Shown here: piece after piece, positions 12,669 to 27,268 of the stretch
How positions within the stretch are numbered: the stretch's first letter is position 1
Layout of the letters: each line of letters opens with the position of its first letter
NCBI RefSeq assembly: GCF_009914755.1
Contig: NC_060926.1
Source: the human T2T-CHM13v2.0 reference genome, Homo sapiens
Strand: one strand, 5' to 3'
Length of the DNA: 64,000 bases
The notes under the pieces: generated by a model
The model's input: the letters and a program-made list of their open reading frames with translations, nothing else
Database searches by the model: none
Told to the model about the DNA's origin: nothing
Position numbers and translations under genes: made by a program

Positions 12669-13794
12669 CTATAGGTATTTATCATGAATAATAATTAAGC
12701 TGTTATGAAACTGAGTCATGAGATTTCAGACATTTTCACTTTGACATTCATACTCTGGCAGAGATACCAACCCTAAAGACAGACAATGCTGTTAAGTATG
12801 ACCTGTGTATTTTAAACATACAAGGAAAAATCGATTTTAATACTGAAAAAAAATTTGGTTATTGGATTTATTTCTTGCAATAAATATATGGAATACCCAC
12901 TAAAACTGGTATGGTATTTCTTTTTGGGAGAATTTGTATAATATAAACCAGAAAAGTACCATCTTATCATATTATATTGTTAAATAATATGGAACTAGCA
13001 TATTCCAAATGTAGAAAATTTTGGCTCTCTACCTAAGTAACTTTGAGTAATGAGTTACATAATTGGCCAGCATTTACCATCTGCTGTAACCCTTACCTCT
13101 TTATTTTTCTGGCTTTTTGGGGTACTTTTTAATGGCTGTTAATATAGGAATTATATAAAAATATAGAAAGCTATTAAATATTACATTTATTCATTGTTTC
13201 ATTATTTTTACAAAACAGACACACAAAAAATATGTTATTTCCTATTAACTTACCTATTTATTATTACTAAGGAGGCTACAACTAGGGCTGGCTCTCCTCA
13301 ATTTCACTCACCATGTATGAACCTCAGTGTTCTACTACATGTAAGGCATTTTCAGATATGTTTTGGGAATTTAAGTTACAGAACATGAATACACATAATT
13401 TCAGTGTTTAGTTTTAGATATGTACTTAACATTACTGACAATTAAATGCCATGCTTTTATATTTAGTTTCACATTGTTCTTTCAATTATCTATTTCCATA
13501 TTTCTTCTATTACCAGAAAACTACATGTGATAGACTGAGAAAAATTGGCATTGAATTGAAATAGTTGCCTCTAGGGGGGAATTTTCATTTAAAACCAGGT
13601 TCATCCTAGATGATACTTCACTTGGTAATGGGCTTGTGACTATGAAATTTTATCAGGCTGAATTATTCCCTTCGTATCTAGAGCAGGGGTGGCATCACAC
13701 TTTACCCAGTACATTAAGGAGAAGTGTTTTTCTCAGTTCCTTTCCTAGGCTTTTTGAAGCATAGAAATGCCCTGAAGAACAAACCAGATACTCC

Positions 13795-14098
13795 TTTTTT
13801 TTTTTTTTTTTGAGGCAGAGTCTCGCTCTGTCGCCCAGGCTGGAGTGCAGTGGCACCATCTCGGCTTCACTGCAAGCTGCGCCTCCCGGGTTCACGCCAT
13901 TCTCCTGCCTCAGCCTCCCGAGTAGCTGGGACTACAGGCACCTGCCACCACACCCGGCTAATTTTTTTTTGTAGTTTTTAGTAGAGACTGGGTTTCACCG
14001 TGTTACCCAGGATGGTCTGGATCTCCTGACCTCGTGATCCACCAGCCTCGGCCTCCCAAAGTGCTGGGATTACAGGTGTGAGTCACCTCGCCCGACCC
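13795..14098 (-). mobile_element. AluY
   Basis: AluY-type gcaagctgcgcctcccgggttcacgccattctc; T-tract; imperfect TSD aa(a/g)ccaga(t/c)act. Confidence 0.9.
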
Positions 14099-14290
14099 AA
14101 GCCAGACACTTATCCTAACTCTATGTGTCCTTCTCCTTGCTGCAAGGTGGCCAGATCCCACCTTTGCAAGATAATGTTGGTGAACGACTAGAATAACTTA
14201 GAAGGACTCAAGATCTCTCTTCCTACAACTCCCTCTCCCTCAGGCCTATCTCCTGATGGTCTAGATTTGTCATATAAAGCGTCCATGTTG

Positions 14291-14644
<354 letters not shown>

Positions 14645-15079
14645 CTACCCATTTCATGTCAAATTTTTGAAGTTTTATTCTCCCTTATAGAAAGAAAAGC
14701 GTCAGGGACAATTTACAATTTAAATCAAGAAGTAGATGTACTTTTGATAAGCATATTGCTTTCTACTGGGTTTTGAACCCATATGCTCAGTGAGTGTACC
14801 CACCCACTTAATCTCATTTAAGATCATGGAATTTCAGAACTGGAAGGAATCTAGGAAATTAGAGGTCAAAATGTCACTTTTAATATTGATAAAACTGTTT
14901 GTGGAATGAGGGTTAGGGCTGAGAGCTAAATGAGCTAGCTAATATTTCCTAACATACTCTGCCCTATCCCACTCATACTCTGTCCCCAAATCAGACCCCA
15001 GAACAGAAATTGAAACTGACTCAGTTTGGTTCAGAACTGAACATTTATGTGCTTATATGATTTTTTTGATAGATTCACT

Positions 15080-15300
15080 CCACCCAATTATGATCTGCAG
15101 ATTAATGGCTGTCAGCCACCAACCAGGTGGAATAAGAGGTCAGAGTGCTTCTACTCTGGGGAAGTCCCTCCACATGAAAACAGAAGAGTAGGGATAAGCA
15201 CACCATCTCCTAACATTAGGAGGGGCAATGCCATAGGAATTCTGATGAATAAAATCCTCCATTTCATTTCAAAATAATTTGAGAGCAGTATAACAGGAAT
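15080..15300 (-). pseudogene. Decayed exon of candidate GREB1-family pseudogene
   Basis: With one frameshift reads NSYGIAPPNV-EMVCLSLLFCFHVEGL, weakly resembling recalled GREB1 EQYGASAIQPISEEMQLLLTVYYLVQL; correct order relative to the other remnants. Confidence 0.4.
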
Positions 15301-15380
15301 GTACCACAAATTATTAATACAGAACTTAGTATGATTTTGATGTTTGTCCCCTCCAAATCTCATGTTAAAATGTAATCCCT

Positions 15381-15686
15381 GGCTGGGTGCAGTGGCTCAT
15401 ACCTGTAATCCCAGCATTTTGAAAGGCTGAGGCAAGCAAATTGCTTGTGTCCAGGCATTTGAGACCAGCCGGGGCAACATGGCAAAACCCCATCTCTACA
15501 AAAATTACAAAAATTAGCCAGGCGTGGTGGTGAGCACCTGTAGTCCCAGGGCAGCCTGAGGTGAGAGAATCACTTGCACCCAGGAGGCGTAGGTTGCAGT
15601 GATTCAGGATTGCGCCACTGCACTCCAGCCTGGGTGACAGAGTGAGAGCCTGTCTCAAAAAAAGAGAAAACGAAAAGGAAAAGAAA
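15381..15686 (+). mobile_element. Alu nested in MST LTR
   Basis: Full dimer; TSD aaatgtaatccc (15368-15379), with the right copy split by MER11. Confidence 0.9.
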
Positions 15687-15693
15687 TGTAATC

Positions 15694-16765
15694 TATCAGG
15701 GAACCTGCCCTGATATTCACGTAGGTTCTTTTCTATTTTTCCTAAGCGTCGGCCAGCTTGAGAAATAAAGGGACAGAGTACAAAAGAGAGAAATTTTAAA
15801 GCCAGGCGTCCGGGGGGGACATCACATGTCGGTAGGTTCCGTGATGCCCCACAAGCCACAAAAACCAGCAAGTTTTTATTAGGGAGTTTCAGAAGGGGAG
15901 GGAGTGTGCGAATAGGTGTGGGTCACAGGCATCAAGTACTTTACAAGGTAATAGAATATCACAAGGCAAGTGGAGGCAGGGCGAGATCACAAGACCACAG
16001 GACTGAGGCAAAAGTAAAATTGCTAATGAAGTTTCGGGCACCATTGTCATTGATAACATCTTATCAGGAGACAGGGTTTTGAGATCAACCGGTCTGACCA
16101 AAATTTATTAGGCGGTAATTTCCTCTTCCTAATAAGCCTGGGAGCGCTATGGGAGACGAGTCTATCTGACCTCTGCAGTCTCGACCATAAAAAATGACCA
16201 CGCCCCGGGGAGGGGGTCAGTTCAGAGACCCACCCCGAGGTGCGCATTCTCTTTCTCAGGGATGTTCCATGCTGAGAAAAAGAGTTCGGCGATATTTCTC
16301 CCATTTGCTTTTGAAAGAAGAGAAATATGGCTCTGTTCCGCCCGGCTCACTGGTGGTCAGAGTTTAAGGTTATCTCTCTTATTCCCTGAACAATTGCTGT
16401 TATCCTATTCTTTTTTCAAGGTGCCCACATTTCATATTGCTCAAACACACATGCTGTACAATTTGTGCAGTTAATGCAATTATTACAGGGTCCTGAGGCA
16501 ATATACATCCTCCTCAGCTGACAGGATTAAGAGATTAAAGTAAAGACAGGCATAGGAAATCACAAGGGTATTGATTGGGGAAGTGATAAGTGTCCATGAA
16601 ATCTGTACAATTTATGTTTAGAGATTGCAGTAAAGACAGGCATAAGAAATTACAAAAGTATTAATTTGGGGAACTAATAAATGTCCATGAAATCTTCACA
16701 ATCTATGTTCTTCTGCCATGGCTTCAGCTGGTCCCTCCGTCTGGGGTCCCTGACTTCCCGCAACA
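15694..16765 (-). mobile_element. MER11 (HERV-K11/HML-8) solo LTR
   Basis: Revcomp tgttgcgggaagtcagggacccc...; 6-bp TSD GTAATC at 15688-15693 and 16766-16771. Confidence 0.9.
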
Positions 16766-17829
16766 GTAATCCCCATTATTGGAGGAGGGGGTCTAGAGGA
16801 AGGTGTTGGACCATAAGAGGGGATCCCTCATGAATGGCTTAGCGCCATTCTTGAGATAATGAGTGAGTTCCAGCTCTGAATTCACAAGAGATCTGGTTTT
16901 TTAAAAGAGTGTGACACCTCCCCATCTCTCTCTATTGCTCCCACTCTTGCCATGTGATGTGCCTGCTCCCTCTTTGCCTTACACCATGATTGGAAGCTTC
17001 TGGCCCTTACCAGAAGCAGATACTGGCACCACGCTTCTTATATATCCTGCAGAACCATGAGCCAATCACACGTCTTTTCTTCATAAATTACCCAGCCTCA
17101 GGTATTTCTTTATGGCAATGCAAGTGGAATAACATAAAACTCTATTCTTAATAAATAAATATAAAACACTTTTACTAATCTCTCACAAACATATTAGCAA
17201 AAAAGTTAATAAATTTAAAATCACTATAAGTATGTTTTCCTCTTTCAAAATCTTATCACAACAATTTGTCTCACTTCTCAAATTGTGAATAATTTTAGCA
17301 ATAAACTTATTTTGAAGGAAGGAATACTAAATACAAGACTGTTCTGTATGAAAGAACTTGAAGATTAAAACTGAGTTTTGCTTGCAATTTAATTCTAATT
17401 TATAGTATTTTTAAAACCAAAAATTAAATTTGAGGAAGTGACATTATACTAGGTTGCTGAAGTTTACAAGTATCTTATGGAAGCCATCTGTCAGAAAACA
17501 ATCAAACCAACAAAGGCAATAACAGATTCATATGATAGATATTCAATGTACTTACTGAATTATTACAAAGAGTGACTACATAAAATCTGGAGAAATTGAG
17601 CTCTTATCTCTGAACATTAAGACCTTTAATTCACTCAGGGCTCATCATTTCAAGAAAATAACTGAGGCCACAAGGCTGTAAGTTTATATGTTATGGTGTG
17701 TAATAGAAATGCTATTTAGGACAGGAATTTACTGAAATTAAACTGGCAGGAGACTGAAAAATTATTTAAGTTGCTCAAATTATAAAACATAGAGAACATT
17801 TTATCTGTTTCCTTAAAATTAATTCCTTC

Positions 17830-19487
17830 GCTCCCTCTCCCTCTCCCTCTCCCCTCTCCCTCTCCCCTCTCCCCTCTCCCCTCTCCCCACGGTCTCCCTC
17901 TCCCTCTCTTTCCACGGTCTCCCTCTGATGCCGAGCCGAAGCTGGACTGTACTGCTGCCATCTCGGCTCACTGCAGCCTCCCTGCCTGATTCTCCTGCCT
18001 CAGCCTGCCGAATGCCTGCGATTGCGGGCACGCGCTGCCACGCCTGACTGGTTTTCGTGTTTTTTTGGTGGAGACGGGGTTTCGCTGTGTTGGCCGGGCT
18101 GGTCTCCAGCTCCTAACCGCCAGTGATCCACCAGCCTCGGCCTCCCGAGGTGCCGGGATTGCAGACGGAGTCTCGTTCACTTAGTGCTCAATGGTGCCCA
18201 GGCTGGAGTGCAGTGGCGTGATCTCGGCTCGCTACAACCTCCACCTCCCAGCCGCCTGCCTTGGCCTCCCAAAGTGCCGAGATTGCAGCCTCTGCCTGGC
18301 CGCCACCCCGTTTGGGAAGTGAGGAGCGTCTCTGCCTGGCCGCCCATCGTCTGGGACATGAGGAGCCCCTCTGCCTGGCTGCCCAGTCTGGAAAGTGAGG
18401 AGCGTCTCTGCCCGGCCGCCATCCCATCTAGGAAATGAGGAGCGCCTCTTCCCGGCCGCCATCCCATCTAGGAAGTGAGGAGTGTCTCTGCCCGGCCTCC
18501 CATCATCTGAGATGTGGGGAGCGCCTCTGCCCTGCCGCCCCGTCTGGGATGTGAGGAGCACCTCTACCCGGCCGGGACCCCGTCTGGGAGGTGAGGAGCG
18601 TCTCTGACCGGCCGCCCCGTCTGAGAAGTGAGGAGTCCCTCCGCCCGGCAGCCGCCCTGTCTGGGAAGTGAGGAGCCCCTCCGCCCGGCAGCCACCCCGT
18701 CTGGGAAGTGAGGAGCGTCTCCGCCCGGCAGCCGCCCCGCCCGGGAGGTGAGGGGCGCCTCTGCCCGGCTGCCCCTACTAGGAAGTGAGGAGCCCCTCTG
18801 CCCAGCCAGCCGCCCCATCCGGGAGGGAGGTGGGGGTTCAGCCCCCCGCCCAGCCAGCCGCCCCGTCCGGGAGGTGAGGGGCGCCTCTGCCCGGCCGCCC
18901 CTACTGGGAAGTGAGGAGCCCCTCTGCCCAGCCACCACCCCGTCTGGGAGGTGTGCCCAACAGCTCATTGAGAACGGGCCATGATGACAATGGCGGTTTT
19001 GTGGAATACAAAGGGGGGAAAGGTGGGGAAAAGATTGAGAAATCGGATGGTTGCCGTGTCTGTGTAGAAAGAAGTAGACATGGGAGACTTTTCATTTTGT
19101 TCTGTACCAAGAAAAATTCTTCTGCCTTGGGATCCTGTTGATCTGTGACCTTACCCCCAACCCTGTGCTCTCTGAAACATGTGCTGTGTCCACTCAGGGT
19201 TAAATGGATTAAGGGCGGTGCAAGATGTGCTTTGTTAAACAGATGCTTGAAGGCAGCATGCTCGTTAAGAGTCATCACCACTCCCTAATCTCAAGGACCC
19301 AGGGACACAAACACTGCGGAAGGCCGCAGGGTCCTCTGCCTAGGAAAACCAGAGACCTTTGTTCACTTGTTTATCTGCTGACCTTCCCTCCACTGTTGTC
19401 GTATGACCCTGCCAAATCCCCCTCTGTGAGAAACACCCAAGAATGATCAATAAAAAATAAATAAATAAATAAAATTAAATTAAAAAA
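17830..19487 (+). mobile_element. Full-length SVA (SVA_D-like)
   Basis: (CCCTCT)n head, antisense Alu-like region, GC-rich VNTR, SINE-R, AATAAA and A tail; 15-bp TSD AAAATTAATTCCTTC at 17815-17829 and 19488-19502, at a TT/AAAA site. Confidence 0.97.
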
Positions 19488-21141
19488 AAAATTAATTCCT
19501 TCATGATAAATATTTTTTCCTTAAATGAAATTTTTCATTGTATACCTTATTTAGACTGTAGTCAGAATCCACACTACTCTACAACATTTGGCTAATCTAT
19601 TTAGTGTAGACAAAAAGTAATTCAAAAAATAAGCAATATACAAAGAGCACCTAAAGACCTGGTGAACTGCAAACAGAAGTTGGTTTTATACTTCACTGGG
19701 CATCCTAATTAGAGGTTCTATATTGCTTTGTTCTGCCCTCTTCTATTTTCCTCTGGATGATCTTGTCCACTCCATGACTTCAAATACCATCTTTTATGTT
19801 GACTACTTTCAAATATATACTCCAGCTATCACCTCTGTCCTGCTGTGTTGACCTGTATTTATCTTTGTGATAGGACAACCTCTTCAAGTTTTCTAAAAAG
19901 ATACAGGCATATAAAAAGTTATAAAAGTGTTATAGGTACTAGTATCAGTTCATACAAGGTTCTGTGAGTTTACAAAATAAGAAGACAGGAAAAGCTTCCT
20001 AGAGGAAATAATACTTCAGTAGATGTCTAGAGGAAGGAGTGACAGAAAGGGAGACAGATGACAGGCATTGGAGGGAAAAAGAACAGTGGGAGTCAAGTTT
20101 CTGAACCAGGAAGCAAGCTATAAAAGAATTCCCTAAAATCTGGGCCTTATAGTACAAGGTGGGGGTAACCAGAAACCAGGCAAGTACCAAATCAGGGAAG
20201 GTCTCACATGTTATACTTGGGAATTCAAATTTATTCCATATTTTTTATACCTATTATGTAGCAATAGGGAAGCAAGCATTAAAGGGCTTTTTAAGCAAAG
20301 GAGAAACAGGATCAAATTTGGATATAATGTACGGAAAAGCTTTTCTATTTTAATCCCTATTGCTTTATAAACAATATGGACTAAATTTGTTGTGCTGAGC
20401 CCTGAAGCAATTTGACTGTACATGTTTGTGAGTGGAAGCCTAGAAAAGCTGGACTGATGTGCTTTCCAGAGGGAGAAGGAATTTCCTAGGACAATTGTAA
20501 GAAAATAGGAGACAAGTGAGAAAAACCAGCAAAATTGCCAAAGGCAGAGGACTCCTATGTCTTCTATAAAATACTAACTCATAAACACTTTGAGTGGTTG
20601 TTTTTTTGGTTTGTTTGTTGGCAGAAACCAGGCTTCACTTCAAGATCAGTCCCAGAGATAGTACTCATGAAGCGGAACCCAAGGACAGAGAAGACTGTGA
20701 AAATGTTGTGACAAACACACTATAAGGTGGCTCCCCATGATCTTTGCCTCTTGGTGTTCACATCTCTGCTATTCATACCTCTCTGAGTGTGGGCAGGACC
20801 TTTAACTTGTTTATAACTAATAAAATACGGCAAAGGTGATGGGATGTCACTCCCATAATTACATTGCTCGGTCTTGCTCACAGACTCACTCTAGAGACTT
20901 TCCTCACTGGTCTGATGAAGTAAGCAGCCAAGTTGGAAAAGGCCACATGTAAGTAGCCTCTAGGAACTACAGGTGGTCTCTAGGTGCTAAGGGCATCCTC
21001 CAGCCAATAGCCAGAAAGAAGCTGGGGCTCTCAGCCTTACCAACACAAGGAAATGAAGTTTGCCAACAACCTGAGTGAACTTGGAAGCAGATTATTTCCC
21101 AGTCAAGTTGCCAAATGAGAACAGAGCCCTGTCCACACTTT

Positions 21142-22153
<1,012 letters not shown>

Positions 22154-22422
22154 CCTGTCCACACTTTGCAGCCTCGTGAGACCTTAAGCAGAAGACCCAG
22201 CTAAACTGTGCCTGTGACTCCTGACCCACAGAAACTGTGGAATAATCAATGGGTGTTGTTTCAAACCTCTCTAAATTTGTGGTAATTTGTTACATGGCAA
22301 TAGAAAACTAATACAAATATTTGCTCCCGCTACTGTACCCCATCCCTCAAGTTTACAGATATTCCATAATCTATGTCCCCCATCTAACTTCTGGGTCACG
22401 TAAGTTTTAGAAAAAAAATCAC

Positions 22423-22697
22423 TTTATTTTTTTTTTTTTAGACAGAGTCTCACTCTGGTGCCCAAGCTGGAGTGCAGTGGTTCAGTCTAGGCTCAACTGA
22501 TCCTCCCACATCAGCCTCCTGAGTAGCTGGGACTACAGGCACATAACACCACACTCAGCTAATTTAAAAAAAAAAATTGTAGATATGAGGTCTCACTACG
22601 TTGCCCAGGTTGGTCTTGTACTGCTGGGCTCAAGTGATCCTCCCACCTTAGCCTCCCAAAGTGCTGGGATTACAGGCATGAGCCACCATGCTCAGCC
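22423..22697 (-). mobile_element. AluJ-like element
   Basis: Antisense Alu; TSD aaaatcactt. Confidence 0.88.
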
Positions 22698-23164
22698 AAA
22701 AATCACTTGGCAGTTTAAGAGAGAATGGATTCAAAAGGCAGGAAATAATGGCAATAGCCCAGGTGAGAAATGGTGAAGGCCTAAACCAGAAAAATAGCAG
22801 TGCCATTTACCAAGTTAGGAAATAAAGGAGAAGCACAGGTTTCAGGAGAAGTATTAATATACCGAGTATATTTGGGACATAATAATTTGAAGTGTCCATA
22901 GGTCCTCCAGGTGAAGATGTCTACTAAGCTTCAGTACTAACTTTGCAAGATGCTAGTTCTGATCTGGAAAAACTCATATTTCTCTGGTCACAACCTGACA
23001 GCAAGCTGCCCTTTCAGTCCTCATCATGTGTTCTACACTTCATGGAGCTACTTGGTGATCCACAAACAGGACATGCCTATGCACAAGTCCATGTCTTTGC
23101 TGATGCTGTTCACTTTGAATGAAATGCAATTCCCCCTCATCAAATTTATAAAAATCCTACTCAC

Positions 23165-23250
23165 CTTTTAAAAATGTCAATATGCTCTGTTAGAATGTGG
23201 GCTCCCTTGAGGGCAGGGCACTTTGTTTTGTCCACAGATGTCTCAAAAAC
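23165..23250 (-). ncRNA. WDPCP: 86-nt non-coding exon, probably of the long 5'-extended WDPCP-locus transcript
   Basis: Acceptor ctgttctag (23253-23251) and perfect donor AAG|GTGAGT (23164-23159); overlaps an L2 3' end. Gene assignment is from recalled annotation of the locus. Confidence 0.5.
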
Positions 23251-23353
23251 CTAGAACAGTGTGTGGAATATAACAGGTACTCGATAAATATTTATTGAAT
23301 GAATGGATAAATGTCTTATATAAAGCCATTCCTTATTCTCTCTCCAGTCACAG

Positions 23354-23532
23354 AATAAATACTAACATATTCCATATCATAGATACGTTTGCAGATAAAT
23401 ATTAATATGTTTGATAATAAATACTAATATGTTTGCTGATAAATACTAATATGTTTTCTAATAAATACCAATGTATTCCATATCATAGATATGTTTGCTG
23501 ATAAATTCCATATCATAAATGTTTGCTGATAA
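23354..23532. repeat. Degenerate AT-rich ~22-bp minisatellite
   Basis: Units like ATAAATACTAATATGTTTGCTG interleaved with TTCCATATCATAGAT. Confidence 0.85.
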
Positions 23533-25867
23533 CTAGTAGTACAACTAAGAACTTCTGTTTCTGAACAAATGAGGAAAAGAAAATATAAATTTGATAGGAA
23601 AGATAACAAAGGGGTGGATGTATACCTGGAACATTAGCTCTGTTTAAGAGTATAGATCACTTAACATATAGTTACCAAACACCTAGTGTATGCAATATGT
23701 GACTGGTTACCCAAAAGTTATTCCCAACCCCTTCTTCCTTGCCTCCCTCTAATTACAGAGATCAAAGTAAACAATTATTTTCCCAGCCTCCTTTATAGCT
23801 AGAGATAGTCATGTGACACATTCTGGTCATTGAAATGCAAGGGGAAATCTACTCAATGGATGATTCGGAAAAAAAATATGTCTTTCCTGGTTTGAAAAAA
23901 AAAAAGCAGAAAGATCTGTCCAGTCATATCTCCTGCTTCCTACATTTGAAAATTTTGGTGCTTGGAGCTTTTGCATTCATCTTGTGACTATGAAGAGAAG
24001 GCAAAGGAAATCACAGAGATACCAATCCAGAGCCCTCACATTAAGCCACTACACCAATGCCAGAAGGCACCTAACTCTTGTTGTTAGACAAACTCCTCTA
24101 GTTTAAGATCTGTTAGTCTGTTATTCTGTTACTTATAGTTGAAAATATTCCTGAACTAGTGGAAGATATCTTAGAAATCCTGGCTAATAATATTATCTGG
24201 TTAATAATGCCACACACGAAATGACTTTAAAATGCCTATTTGATTTTAAATTGTGTTTTTGAAAACAGCACTATGTGTCTTTAAATATATTTATCATAAG
24301 TTACACTATCTACATGTGGCTGTGTTATCATAGTCTTCACTGTCTTTTCTGTTACACCTCATCCTGTGGATAATTGGGTCAAAAATGAAGAAAATATGGT
24401 TTCAATAGGATATGTTTGTCAACTCTGATTTCAGAGGTAGAACTATTACAACCAAAAGGGAAATGAAAGGAACAGAATAAACTTCCAAATTTATTTACCT
24501 AGAAGTTTCAAAGTAATTCTATTCCAAATAATGAAACTGTATCTATACTTTTCTAAAACAGTTAAATGAGATTTTCGATTTATAGACATTGCAAAAGACT
24601 GGAGTGGTAATGACAAAGCACATTACATAATTCTGTGCCCATTAAAAAAAACTCCAAACCATTTACAAGACCATGTTTTAAAGCTGTCTAAAAAGTATAA
24701 TGAGAACTCTACACTTTTCTCTGTTAGATTTGCCAAGTGTCAACAGGGACTGAGAAGTGTTTTAAATTGCTTTTATAAATGAGTAGTGAAGCCACTCACC
24801 AGTTCCTAGAATTTTGAACAAAGGGAACAAATATTCAATAAGAAACCACCAGCGTAATAAATAATAATCAGAGACTTTCTAGTGGATTAAAAAAAGGAAT
24901 CATTCATTAAAACTATTTCTAAAAATTTCATTAGCTGGAATTGTTCTACATTAGTGGAATTACTCTACTACGAAATAAGATACTCTTTTCCTTATTTTTT
25001 ATTAACAGGTACTATTTAGTCAGGAAACACTTGTAAGATTAAGAAAGCATTGAGCTGGGCCTAGAGTTGTGAGATACATAGACAAATGAGACCTAGTTCT
25101 TGCTCTCTAAGAAGCTTTCATTGCAAAGTGACATTCAGACACATACTCTTAAATACAGCTGGAGAGTCTCCACACCACGGACCAGTAGTATAGTTGGCCT
25201 ATCAGAATCTAAGGGTGGGAGGGCAGCCCAGATGAATGGCTTTATTTGGTTGTTTATTAAGGAGCTGCATTTAAATTCCAAAACAGTGGAAGGTCAGTAT
25301 TAGTCATTCCCATATGAGATAAATGTATCAAATTTAGCCTAGGTGATAGCTGCAAGTACTAATAAAGTATCGTAACAAAACAAAAGACACAATGGAGTCA
25401 AACTGTCTTTGTTTTGTTGTTGTTGTTGTTTATTTTTTGCTTTTTTTTTTCACTTTAATCAGGTACTCCTGATATTTTAATGAGTTAAAGGCACTGCCTC
25501 ATGGAACTTGTTCATTTCTTGATATTATCTTGAGAAACAAAAATGAAGATAGTAGAATTCTGTATCTTGTCTCTTGGCATTATTATGTTTTCAGTTGTAC
25601 AAAATATCTAAGTCAGATGTATACAGGTTGAACAATTCTTACAGAAATTCCTGCCAAAATTAAAAATATTATGGGTAATTATCACTAAAAAGAAAATTAA
25701 TCACATTTTATATTAAGATAATTAAAACTGGAATTCAAAAACTGTGAGGCTGAAAACAAATCTACAAAAAGCCTGGTATGGTATGACTCATAGCGGCTTT
25801 ATTTATAATAACAACAAAAAAGAAATACTTCAGATGTATATTATTAGGTGACTTGACAAACTGTGAT

Positions 25868-26284
25868 ATTATAGTAGGTTAAATAGTGACCCCCTAAAAG
25901 ATTCCACCCAGAAACTGTGAATGTGCCTATATTTGGGAAAAGGATTTTTGCAGATGAAATTAAGGATCTTGAGATGAGATCAATGACACTGTCCATATAA
26001 GAGACAGAAGATAAGAAAGACACAGAGACACAGGGAGAAAGGCCATATAAAGACAGAGGCAGAGACTGGAGTTATGCTGCCACAAACCAAGGAATATCTG
26101 GAGCCACCAGAAGCTGGAAGAAGAAAGGAAGGATTATCCCCTAGAGTCTTCAGAGGGAGCACAGCCCTGCCAACACCCTGATTTTGGGCTTCTGGCCTCC
26201 AGAGCTATGAGAGAATAACCTTTTGTTGTTTTAAGCCACCACGTTTGTAGTCATTTGTTAAGGCAGCCCTAGGAAACTAATACA
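25868..26284 (+). mobile_element. MLT1B/C MaLR LTR within an old L1M fragment
   Basis: Ends gcagccctaggaaactaataca; typical body gagccaccagaagctggaaga. Confidence 0.8.
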
Positions 26285-26655
26285 GGGATATTCCTAAAAA
26301 TGTGGTATATTCATAAAATGGAATGCTATTCAGTAATAAAAGGAATGAACTACTGACACCCTCAACAACATGGATGACTCTCACAAACAAGTTGAGTAAA
26401 AGAAGCCATACACTCAGACGTGCACTGTGTAATTTTATTTATATGAAGTTCAAGAACAGGCTAAATTATTCTATGAGAATAGAAATCAGAACAGTGGTTA
26501 ACCTCTGGGGGCAGGGGTAAGGACTGATGGGAAAGAGGCATGAAAGCAATTTCTGGGGCAATGGAAATATTCTATATCTTGATTAGGACGGTGGGGTTAC
26601 ACAGGCGAATAGTTTGTCAAAAACTCATCAGACACTGCACTCAAGAGCTGCTACA

Positions 26656-26950
26656 TTTTTTTTTTTTTTTGAGTCAGAGTCTCGCTCTGTCACCCAGGCT
26701 GAAGTGCAATGGTGCAATCTTGGCTCAGCGCCACCTCTGCTTCCTAGGTTCAAGCAATTCTTCTGCCTCAGCCTCCTGAGCAGCTGGGATTACAGGTGTC
26801 CATCACCAAGCCCAGCTAATTGTTGTCTTTTTAGTAGAGATGGGGTTTCGCCATGTTGGCCAGGCTGGTCTCGAACTCCTGACCTCATGATCCACCTGTC
26901 TTGGCCTCCCAAAGTGCTGAGATTACAGGAGTGAGCCACCGCACCCAGCC
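26656..26950 (-). mobile_element. AluS element
   Basis: Antisense Alu; TSD agct(g/a)ctacattt. Confidence 0.9.
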
Positions 26951-27055
26951 AAGCTACTACATTTTATTGACTGTAAATTACAACTTAATTTTTAAAAACT
27001 AAGGAATAAACCAAAACAACAAACAGCAATGAGGACTGAAATTACACATTAAGGT

Positions 27056-27268
27056 AGGGGTTGACAAACTATAGTCCATGGGTTAAATCTTGCCTGCCAC
27101 CAATAAAATTTTATTGGAACACAGCCAGACCCAATCATTTACATATTGTCTATGGCTGCTTTCACTCTACAAAGGCAGAGTTCAGTAGCTGTGACAGAGA
27201 CCAGACAGTCTGCAAAGCTGAAAATATTTATTATCCGTCCCTTTACAAAAAAAAGTTTGCCAACCTCT
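27056..27268 (+). mobile_element. MER58A-like hAT DNA transposon
   Basis: TIR-like aggggttgacaaact...agtttgccaacctct. Confidence 0.8.

Larger units (their letters stand above)
15327..17136 (+). mobile_element. MST (MSTB-like) MaLR LTR, split by Alu and MER11
   Basis: gatgtttgtcccctccaaatctcatgtt...taaattacccagcctcaggtatttctttat. Confidence 0.85.

Noticed and set aside
17716-19446. Cluster of 70-134 aa ORFs
   Set aside because: All derive from SVA hexamer, VNTR and SINE-R sequence.
23354-23532. Repeat-spacer-like array
   Set aside because: Degenerate units without unique spacers in a primate genome; a minisatellite, not CRISPR.
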